Source: an uncultured Candidatus Binatia bacterium (GTDB lineage Bacteria; Desulfobacterota; Binatia; UBA9968; JAJDTQ01). Taken from it: 64,000 bases of DNA. The DNA lies in assembly GCA_964291295.2 (NCBI GenBank), contig OZ219754.1, positions 3,488,001 to 3,552,000 of the forward strand, in the 5' to 3' direction. Shown piece by piece: positions 20,801 through 30,620 of this stretch (its first letter is position 1; each line of letters opens with the position of its first letter). The position numbers and the translations under genes were made by a program. The notes beneath the pieces are model-generated. The model saw only the letters and a list, made by a program, of their open reading frames with translations. It did not search any database and was not told where the DNA came from.

Positions 20801-23800
20801 CGGTATCCGGGGCGCATGCGCCCCGGCCTCATTGAAGTGCCAGCTCATGTTCCGGATTCTGCACGCTTGCTTGGTATCCGGGGCGCATGCGCCCCGGCCT
20901 CATTGAAGTACCGGGAACGATTGCGTCAAGAATGGCCTTGACGCGGTATCCGGGGCGCATGCGCCCCGGCCTCATTGAAGTCACGGACGGTCAAGGACGG
21001 AGTTCACGTTGGCCGCGAGGTATCCGGGGCGCATGCGCCCCGGCCTCATTGAAGTCACTGTTCGAGGGTCAAGCGTGAGCGTCCAGAAGATGGTATCCGG
21101 GGCGCATGCGCCCCGGCCTCATTGAAGTCTGCTACGACGCTCATGTCAAATCAGGCCTGATCGCTGTATCCGGGGCGCATGCGCCCCGGCCTCATTGAAG
21201 TTCCAAGCTAAGGGCTACTTTCGCGCCCTTCTCCCTGCGGTATCCGGGGCGCATGCGCCCCGGCCTCATTGAAGTAACCAAGACCTCGCAATGGCTACCC
21301 AAGCGGGCTGCTTGGTATCCGGGGCGCATGCGCCCCGGCCTCATTGAAGTGCGGCGGTAGCCGGGCCACGAACTATTGGCGGTGGCTGGTATCCGGGGCG
21401 CATGCGCCCCGGCCTCATTGAAGTTCGCCATCAACCCCAAGGATGACCACCCCTGTGGGGTATCCGGGGCGCATGCGCCCCGGCCTCATTGAAGTCCATG
21501 ACGGCATAGGCCACAACTGCCATCGCCAAGGCGGTATCCGGGGCGCATGCGCCCCGGCCTCATTGAAGTGGGATAATCCCGGCAGGCCAGAAATGGCGCA
21601 CCGGGTGGTATCCGGGGCGCATGCGCCCCGGCCTCATTGAAGTGGGATAATCCCGGCAGGCCAGAAATGGCGCACCGGGTGGTATCCGGGGCGCATGCGC
21701 CCCGGCCTCATTGAAGTGGCTCTCTCGGGAAGAGCGGGCGGCGCCAGAGCCGTCGTATCCGGGGCGCATGCGCCCCGGCCTCATTGAAGTACCTTAATAA
21801 CCAATATCGCAATGCGCCTACTCATACGTATCCGGGGCGCATGCGCCCCGGCCTCATTGAAGTAACGGCAGGGGAAATCCCTCGATTTCCCACTGCCCGG
21901 TATCCGGGGCGCATGCGCCCCGGCCTCATTGAAGTCTCCACCAACTCCTGTGCGACCGCCGGGGGAATGTCGATCGAGGTATCCGGGGCGCATGCGCCCC
22001 GGCCTCATTGAAGTGCGGCGTTGCCCAGAAGGTTCCCGTCGTTCGAGACGGGTATCCGGGGCGCATGCGCCCCGGCCTCATTGAAGTCACCCGCTCTATC
22101 GTGTAGGACGCTACCGGTTCGCCGTATCCGGGGCGCATGCGCCCCGGCCTCATTGAAGTTCCCGCCGCAGTTGGTTGAGCGCGGCGGCCTCGGCACTGTT
22201 GTATCCGGGGCGCATGCGCCCCGGCCTCATTGAAGTGGTTACCCGCACGGTCGACTATCGTGATCTTCCCCGTCGTATCCGGGGCGCATGCGCCCCGGCC
22301 TCATTGAAGTTTGTCCCCGGCAAAAAACGCTTCATCCGCGAACAAGTATCCGGGGCGCATGCGCCCCGGCCTCATTGAAGTGTCGTATCGACAAGCCGGA
22401 TGACCTTGAGATTGTCCGGTATCCGGGGCGCATGCGCCCCGGCCTCATTGAAGTATCATGATGCAAGCAACGAGAACTCGCCGGTGACAGGTATCCGGGG
22501 CGCATGCGCCCCGGCCTCATTGAAGTGTCGATCTGGAGGAGCGGCGCGCCGAGGGTTGGGAGTATCCGGGGCGCATGCGCCCCGGCCTCATTGAAGTCGG
22601 GGCGTAAGGTGGGCGTCAATGGAAGGTGAGGGAGGTATCCGGGGCGCATGCGCCCCGGCCTCATTGAAGTATCGCCAGTCGCCATTCGAGCATTTTGATC
22701 TTGGCGAGTATCCGGGGCGCATGCGCCCCGGCCTCATTGAAGTTGCGCGGGCGCGAGTTCATCATGAAGGACGCCTACAGGTATCCGGGGCGCATGCGCC
22801 CCGGCCTCATTGAAGTTTCGAAATCGTGCTGCTCGTGGGCCAGCGGCTGCCCTGTATCCGGGGCGCATGCGCCCCGGCCTCATTGAAGTGCTTGTACATC
22901 CAGCGCAGGCAGATGACTGCGGTGGGGTATCCGGGGCGCATGCGCCCCGGCCTCATTGAAGTCCGGCGGCCGCCGTGAATGGCTAGTGTCGCGGCATGGT
23001 ATCCGGGGCGCATGCGCCCCGGCCTCATTGAAGTGTACGGCGGCGGAAGAGCACGTGCAGGTGATGACGTGTATCCGGGGCGCATGCGCCCCGGCCTCAT
23101 TGAAGTTGAGGTTGTCCACAGTGGACCCCGGCCTGCTGCCCGTTGTATCCGGGGCGCATGCGCCCCGGCCTCATTGAAGTCCCTCAACGAGCACATCGTT
23201 GTCTGGGCTGGCGACGTATCCGGGGCGCATGCGCCCCGGCCTCATTGAAGTGACCTGGAAAGGGATGGCGCATGAACGTCGAGAATCTGATACGGAGTAT
23301 CCGGGGCGCATGCGCCCCGGCCTCATTGAAGTGAGGGGACGCCAGGGTTCGAGTCCCTGCGATACCGGTATCCGGGGCGCATGCGCCCCGGCCTCATTGA
23401 AGTCTGGTCCCGGTCCCGGAACCATCTTGCAGGCGCCTTGTATCCGGGGCGCATGCGCCCCGGCCTCATTGAAGTTTCGACAAGACTGCAGCGCGTATCC
23501 GCAGCCAGACGATGTATCCGGGGCGCATGCGCCCCGGCCTCATTGAAGTGAGTCCGACCGGTCTGACCGGCAACCAACGCTGCGAAGTATCCGGGGCGCA
23601 TGCGCCCCGGCCTCATTGAAGTCCGCAGTTGCCGGATGTCGATTCGCTCTCGGCTGCTGTATCCGGGGCGCATGCGCCCCGGCCTCATTGAAGTGTCTTG
23701 TCAACGATACCGGTAGCATCGTTGACGAGCCGGTATCCGGGGCGCATGCGCCCCGGCCTCATTGAAGTTAGATATCCGAGTACCACTGGATGTGAGGCGG

Positions 23801-26800
23801 CGAGTATCCGGGGCGCATGCGCCCCGGCCTCATTGAAGTCGGCTCAATTGCCGCCGCACGGCGGATGGCCCGACGAGTATCCGGGGCGCATGCGCCCCGG
23901 CCTCATTGAAGTCTGCTGACTGGAGGACGGACCCTGGACTCGGGCGCCGGGGTATCCGGGGCGCATGCGCCCCGGCCTCATTGAAGTTTCGTAGACATGG
24001 AGGATTTTGACCAGCTCCCACAAGTATCCGGGGCGCATGCGCCCCGGCCTCATTGAAGTTACTACGACAAGGGGCTGAACAGATGAGTCTTCAAAGGTAT
24101 CCGGGGCGCATGCGCCCCGGCCTCATTGAAGTCTCAGACTCTCACCGGCACCGGCAATCCCCTCCGTGGTATCCGGGGCGCATGCGCCCCGGCCTCATTG
24201 AAGTCGGAACTCGGAGTAGATCGCCAGTACGTTGCTCATGGGGTATCCGGGGCGCATGCGCCCCGGCCTCATTGAAGTGATATCCTCCCACCCACCGCCG
24301 CCCTCGAACCCGGCGTATCCGGGGCGCATGCGCCCCGGCCTCATTGAAGTCCTTCTACTTGTCTCTCTCCTTCTCTTCCTTCTTACTGTATCCGGGGCGC
24401 ATGCGCCCCGGCCTCATTGAAGTGGTCTGGCCAGGGGTCACGCAGGTGATCAAGGACGGCAGGGTATCCGGGGCGCATGCGCCCCGGCCTCATTGAAGTT
24501 TGCGCCCCGCCAGGACGAACCGAACCTCTGCGCTTAGGTATCCGGGGCGCATGCGCCCCGGCCTCATTGAAGTCAGCTCCTCTTTTTCACGCCGCGTCAT
24601 GTCGTCCTCGTATCCGGGGCGCATGCGCCCCGGCCTCATTGAAGTCCCGACTGGGCAGTGAGCGGTTGCCGCCCAAGCTCGCGCAGTATCCGGGGCGCAT
24701 GCGCCCCGGCCTCATTGAAGTGCCATTATGGCGTACATCACCAGGGCCATGCCAACCAGTATCCGGGGCGCATGCGCCCCGGCCTCATTGAAGTTATCGA
24801 TATCTCGCCATGTCGTCCTCCTAGTGGTGGGTATCCGGGGCGCATGCGCCCCGGCCTCATTGAAGTATGAGAAGATGCTACTCATTGAGAGCTACTCCTC
24901 GGCTGTATCCGGGGCGCATGCGCCCCGGCCTCATTGAAGTATAGCGACTGAAGTGCACTTGGTCTCTATTAACCCCGTATCCGGGGCGCATGCGCCCCGG
25001 CCTCATTGAAGTATCGCACTGCTCCTTTCCCCCGGCCCCGAAGGGCCGTATCCGGGGCGCATGCGCCCCGGCCTCATTGAAGTTGCAAATTATCGTCGAT
25101 GGTGGCACGGCGGCGGCGGGGTATCCGGGGCGCATGCGCCCCGGCCTCATTGAAGTCAGGACCATCTCGTCTGCGTCCTCTTCCCGGCCGGCGTATCCGG
25201 GGCGCATGCGCCCCGGCCTCATTGAAGTTCCCTCGTTCAACGATTCCCCTTCTTGCTCTCCATGCCGGGGTATCCGGGGCGCATGCGCCCCGGCCTCATT
25301 GAAGTGATAGCCGGCCGTCGCAGCAGGCGGCAAATGCGAATAGGTATCCGGGGCGCATGCGCCCCGGCCTCATTGAAGTATCGATTCTATCCATTCTATC
25401 GATCTCCTTATGCGCCCGGGTATCCGGGGCGCATGCGCCCCGGCCTCATTGAAGTTCACTGAGAATGCGCTCCGAGCGCCGCTTCTCGCGGCTGTATCCG
25501 GGGCGCATGCGCCCCGGCCTCATTGAAGTGGGTCGATAAGCTGGACGAGGTAACCGATGTGGTTGGTATCCGGGGCGCATGCGCCCCGGCCTCATTGAAG
25601 TCTGCCGCGCCCGGCCCCACCATGCCGCGCCATGCCTAGTATCCGGGGCGCATGCGCCCCGGCCTCATTGAAGTCGTTGCCGGGTACGCCATCTACGCCG
25701 TGGATGGCGAGGTATCCGGGGCGCATGCGCCCCGGCCTCATTGAAGTGTTTTTGTCGTGAAGGCACCGATGATGAACGTGACAGTATCCGGGGCGCATGC
25801 GCCCCGGCCTCATTGAAGTCGGCTGAACGAAGGCGTGAGCGACACGGTGACGCAGTATCCGGGGCGCATGCGCCCCGGCCTCATTGAAGTCTGTTGCGCA
25901 TGATCGTCTTCTCCCGGCCCTGGACGGTATCCGGGGCGCATGCGCCCCGGCCTCATTGAAGTGAGCAACATCGCGTCGGATACGTACGAACTGGCGTCGT
26001 ATCCGGGGCGCATGCGCCCCGGCCTCATTGAAGTCAGGAGTCGAAGGAGTCGAAGGAGTCGAGGGCTGAGTATCCGGGGCGCATGCGCCCCGGCCTCATT
26101 GAAGTAGGATAGTCTCAGGTCCGATCTCACGGAGCAGATTGGCGAAGTATCCGGGGCGCATGCGCCCCGGCCTCATTGAAGTCGCGAACCTCTGCCGATA
26201 AACCCCGAACAATGCCAGTATCCGGGGCGCATGCGCCCCGGCCTCATTGAAGTTGGAGCACGGGGGGCGGATGGTGAAGGACATGCCGGGAGTATCCGGG
26301 GCGCATGCGCCCCGGCCTCATTGAAGTAGCCGGGGGATGGACTCGAGCATACTGAACAACGACGTGGTATCCGGGGCGCATGCGCCCCGGCCTCATTGAA
26401 GTCCGGACAAGCCGGTCAGGCGGGCCAACGCCGCTTTGGTATCCGGGGCGCATGCGCCCCGGCCTCATTGAAGTTGCATTGTGCCTGGCGGATCTACCTC
26501 ATGGATGTGAAGTATCCGGGGCGCATGCGCCCCGGCCTCATTGAAGTGCGACTCTCCCGAGGAGTACACGCTGGATGATGCGGGCGTATCCGGGGCGCAT
26601 GCGCCCCGGCCTCATTGAAGTACTGTCTGTAGATGATCGAGGAAGGCCGCCGACACCGGGTATCCGGGGCGCATGCGCCCCGGCCTCATTGAAGTGCTTT
26701 ATGAGCTTGCCGTCCATCTGGTTCCACCCGGTGTATCCGGGGCGCATGCGCCCCGGCCTCATTGAAGTCGGATAGGTTCGCTACGCCGCCTGTCCCGGTC

Positions 26801-28532
26801 GTCTGAGGTATCCGGGGCGCATGCGCCCCGGCCTCATTGAAGTCGGATACCGCTAACGACTACTTCCATGGTTGCTACTCCTGTATCCGGGGCGCATGCG
26901 CCCCGGCCTCATTGAAGTATGCAGCAAGCAGCATCGGCCGCAGATTCTGCGGCGTATCCGGGGCGCATGCGCCCCGGCCTCATTGAAGTGGCCAGCGAAG
27001 GGCGCAACAGCACGCCGGGGCGATGTTGGTATCCGGGGCGCATGCGCCCCGGCCTCATTGAAGTGACCTTACCGCCAGCGGCATGAACCGGGACCGCGCA
27101 GTATCCGGGGCGCATGCGCCCCGGCCTCATTGAAGTGGCCCCTCCCACCCCACCGGGCGGAGCGCGCCGTCTAGTATCCGGGGCGCATGCGCCCCGGCCT
27201 CATTGAAGTAACGCCCATTTGCGGGACCTGGTGTTGTTGTTCGCCGATGTATCCGGGGCGCATGCGCCCCGGCCTCATTGAAGTTCTTTTTCACGCCTCG
27301 TCATTTTGTCCCCCTTTGGTTAGTATCCGGGGCGCATGCGCCCCGGCCTCATTGAAGTCATCAGATATTGATGATGCAGCATGTTCCCGGCGCAAAGTAT
27401 CCGGGGCGCATGCGCCCCGGCCTCATTGAAGTCCATCCACGAATGGGACGGTCTATCGTGTCACACATAGTATCCGGGGCGCATGCGCCCCGGCCTCATT
27501 GAAGTGACCATCAAGGAGTTGCGCAAAAAACCGGTATCGACCGGCAGTATCCGGGGCGCATGCGCCCCGGCCTCATTGAAGTCGTTCCACCCCGGGCGGT
27601 GCCAAAACCAACATGCCGTGTATCCGGGGCGCATGCGCCCCGGCCTCATTGAAGTTTCCCGGCGATTGCCGCGATTTGAAGCCTGCTCCGGAGTATCCGG
27701 GGCGCATGCGCCCCGGCCTCATTGAAGTCGGCGGGACTCGCGGGACGGTTCCCCCGAAGGGCCGGTATCCGGGGCGCATGCGCCCCGGCCTCATTGAAGT
27801 TCTACCGCGTAGACGGCGTACCCGCCCACGCTGGCCGGTATCCGGGGCGCATGCGCCCCGGCCTCATTGAAGTAACAAGGCGGCCTCGTCAGCCGGCCCT
27901 TGCTGCACAGTATCCGGGGCGCATGCGCCCCGGCCTCATTGAAGTTAGCCAAGGCCTCGAACAAGTCGAGGCCCGCCCGGTCGGTATCCGGGGCGCATGC
28001 GCCCCGGCCTCATTGAAGTTGCGTTGGATGGCGGAGCACAAGGACCGGCTGCGGGAGTATCCGGGGCGCATGCGCCCCGGCCTCATTGAAGTATCAAGAA
28101 ATTCCCGGAGATCGGACGTCTGACCTCCGCGTATCCGGGGCGCATGCGCCCCGGCCTCATTGAAGTCTGGACCCGGACGGGACGTTTCCACCGGCACGAT
28201 CCCGGTATCCGGGGCGCATGCGCCCCGGCCTCATTGAAGTGTCCCGTCCCGCTTCACGAGCCGACAATTGCCCTGGTGTATCCGGGGCGCATGCGCCCCG
28301 GCCTCATTGAAGTGGGCGGTCCGGTGGTCCGGGAAATCGCCAAAATCGGCCGTATCCGGGGCGCATGCGCCCCGGCCTCATTGAAGTCGGGCACACAGTA
28401 GAGGGTTCCGCCATCTTCGGCCAGTATCCGGGGCGCATGCGCCCCGGCCTCATTGAAGTGTGTGCTGGAGGTTGTAGGTGACCACTACTCGGTGGTGTAT
28501 CCGGGGCGCATGCGCCCCGGCCTCATTGAAGT
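17877..28532 (+). CRISPR. CRISPR array, 36-bp repeat GTATCCGGGGCGCATGCGCCCCGGCCTCATTGAAGT, about 146 repeats / 145 spacers of ~35-45 bp
   Basis: Manual count; mean period ~73 bp; no repeat variants noticed, including the last. Confidence 0.99.
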
Positions 28533-28542
28533 ACCCCTTTAG

Positions 28543-30614
28543 CCCAAGTTTACCACCCTCCAGAAGATCTCATTACATATCATACAGTTACGATGACCAG
28601 AAGTGGCGAGTGGCACTACAGGTGGGTGTTTGAGGGTTGGTTACACGAGGGTTTTGCGGGTTCCTCCGGGAGCGGGATCAATGCCCAAGGCTTTGTAGAT
28701 GGCCTGCTGGGTTGGTTCGGCGCGGGTCGCCTTGCGCACGTGCAAGGTGCGCCCGTCAGCACGGCGGAAGGTGGTGGTGACGCGGTGTTGTCCCTGGAGG
28801 ACGCGGCGTAGCGTGGTCCAACTGGCGTGCTCGTCCGCTTGACGCAAGCGGGTACGGATGACCTGGACGAGTTGGTAGGCGAGCACGGTGATGAACAGAT
28901 GGCCTTCGGAGCGGCGTGGTTTGTGGTGGTAGACGGGTCGCAGGCCGAGTTCGGATTTGAGGGAGCGGAAGACGGCTTCGATGTCGGTGAGCCTGACGTA
29001 GGTACGCCACAGGGCTTCTTCCTTCCAGTGGGTTTCGCTGCTGCGCAGGCAGTAGACGCCGGGATGGGTCATCAGGGAGCCGGGGAGAGGGCGGCGGGTG
29101 AAGCGCACGGCGGTGGCGCGTTGACCGGACTCATCGGTGTCGAGTGAGATGTCGTAGTGCTGGGCGATGCCGCGGGTGCTCTCCTTGAGCCGCCCGATAC
29201 GTTGCCAGACCTGCTCCACACGTTTTTGGGTGTGGGGTCGGGAGAGACCTTCGGAGAGCTTGTTCAGGGCGTTCTCGAAGCGCCGGGCGAAGCGCTCGAC
29301 GATGCCGCGTTCCTTGGCGGCCCGTTGTTCGGAGAAGCAGTACAGGCGCACCTCCCGACCGTCTGGGGACAGGGCCTTGTGCAATTGTATGCCATGCTTG
29401 GAAGCGGTCTTGATGCGCTGTGCCGCCTGAGGGACGAAGTGCCGGTTGCGTTCACGGCTGACCACCAGGTAGCGGTAGCCCTGCTCACGCAGCCACTGCA
29501 GGCGCTCTTCGGTAGCGAGGCCCCGGTCCATCACCACCAGGGCGGAATGCGGGGCCTTGAGCGCATCCAGCATCCGGGCCAGAGTGTGGTGCTCGCGCAC
29601 GTTGCCGGCAAAGACCTGGGAGCGGCGCACGAAGCCGCTGGAGTCGAGCACGAGCCCCAGGGTGAGCAGCGGGCAATCGGTGCGCTTGTCCTTGGAGTGG
29701 CCGCGCAGGGCCTTCGGTTGGAGGGGTGCCGCGCCCTCGAAGTAGGTGTTGGTCAGATCGTAGAGCGTCACGGTGGGTTCGATCTCGAACAGGTCCATGG
29801 CCCGATCGAACAGATGCTTTTCGATGACGTCGCGGTGAGCCATCAGGGCATCGGAGGCGCGATACAGCCGCATGGGTCCCATGGTGGCGAACTCCATTCC
29901 GAGCAGTTCACCCAAGGCGCTGCGTTCGCCGAGCCAGCGTCGGGTGGCACGCTCGGAGCCCGGTTGCGCCATACGCGCGATGATCGAGCCGATGGCGGTC
30001 GCGCGCATCGAGGCGCCGAGACCGAGTTGTTCGAGCAGGGTGCGCAGGCCGAGTTGGTCCATGGCCCACAATCCCACGTGCTCGACGCCCACCGAGCGTG
30101 GTCGAACCAACTCCAGGGAGTCGACATCCACGCTCTGGAGGTCGCCCCCTTGGCTTGGGGTCGCGGTGCCGACGCGCTCCCGGGCGAGGAGTTGGGCGGT
30201 GATGCGCTGGGCGTGGGTTTCGAGTGCCGGGGGACAGCCCGGAGACAGGGGGAGTTGACCGGCAAGCATCTCCTCAATGCGCCGGCACAGCACGGGCCAC
30301 TCCTGTGGAGCCACATCGAAGTGCCGCCCGAGATTGAGCAGGGTGCGTTGACGCACCTTTGAACCGTCGCGTTCGGAGCGCACCAGGCGGTGGGTGACGT
30401 AAGGTTCGCTGCGGCTGCGAGTACGGGTGCGACGGATGAACATGAGAGGGTGGCAGCATGGTGCGCCACCCCCAGCAATACTCAGTATGCACTCTATGGC
30501 ACTACATTGGCTTACCCGACAACCTGTCCACGATATATCAATGACTTGCGTGCCAATTTCGGCAAAATCACCCCTGATTCCTGCCCAAACCGGACTCCAG
30601 GTGGTAAAGTTGGG
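28543..30614 (-). mobile_element. IS1634-family insertion sequence
   Basis: 15-bp TIRs CCCAAGTTTACCACC (28543) / GGTGGTAAAGTTGGG (30600-30614), one mismatch; flanks TTAG and CTAG. Confidence 0.88.
28641..30443 (-). CDS. IS1634-family DDE transposase
   Basis: MFIRRTRT..RLVRSER..KVRQRTLLNLG, LYDLTNTYFEG, GHSKDKRTD, VVMDRG, IEAVFRSLKSELGLRPVYH. Confidence 0.95.
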   Translation of the reverse strand: MFIRRTRTRSRSEPYVTHRLVRSERDGSKVRQRTLLNLGRHFDVAPQEWPVLCRRIEEMLAGQLPLSPGCPPALETHAQRITAQLLARERVGTATPSQGGDLQSVDVDSLELVRPRSVGVEHVGLWAMDQLGLRTLLEQLGLGASMRATAIGSIIARMAQPGSERATRRWLGERSALGELLGMEFATMGPMRLYRASDALMAHRDVIEKHLFDRAMDLFEIEPTVTLYDLTNTYFEGAAPLQPKALRGHSKDKRTDCPLLTLGLVLDSSGFVRRSQVFAGNVREHHTLARMLDALKAPHSALVVMDRGLATEERLQWLREQGYRYLVVSRERNRHFVPQAAQRIKTASKHGIQLHKALSPDGREVRLYCFSEQRAAKERGIVERFARRFENALNKLSEGLSRPHTQKRVEQVWQRIGRLKESTRGIAQHYDISLDTDESGQRATAVRFTRRPLPGSLMTHPGVYCLRSSETHWKEEALWRTYVRLTDIEAVFRSLKSELGLRPVYHHKPRRSEGHLFITVLAYQLVQVIRTRLRQADEHASWTTLRRVLQGQHRVTTTFRRADGRTLHVRKATRAEPTQQAIYKALGIDPAPGGTRKTLV

Positions 30615-30620
30615 CTAGGG

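Noticed and set aside
17752-28401. Numerous short ORFs containing MRPGRMRPGY / IRGACAPASLK
   Set aside because: Translations of the CRISPR repeat, not genes
17877-28532. Self-targeting spacers within this window
   Set aside because: None noticed by eye; an exhaustive alignment could not be run, so this is not excluded
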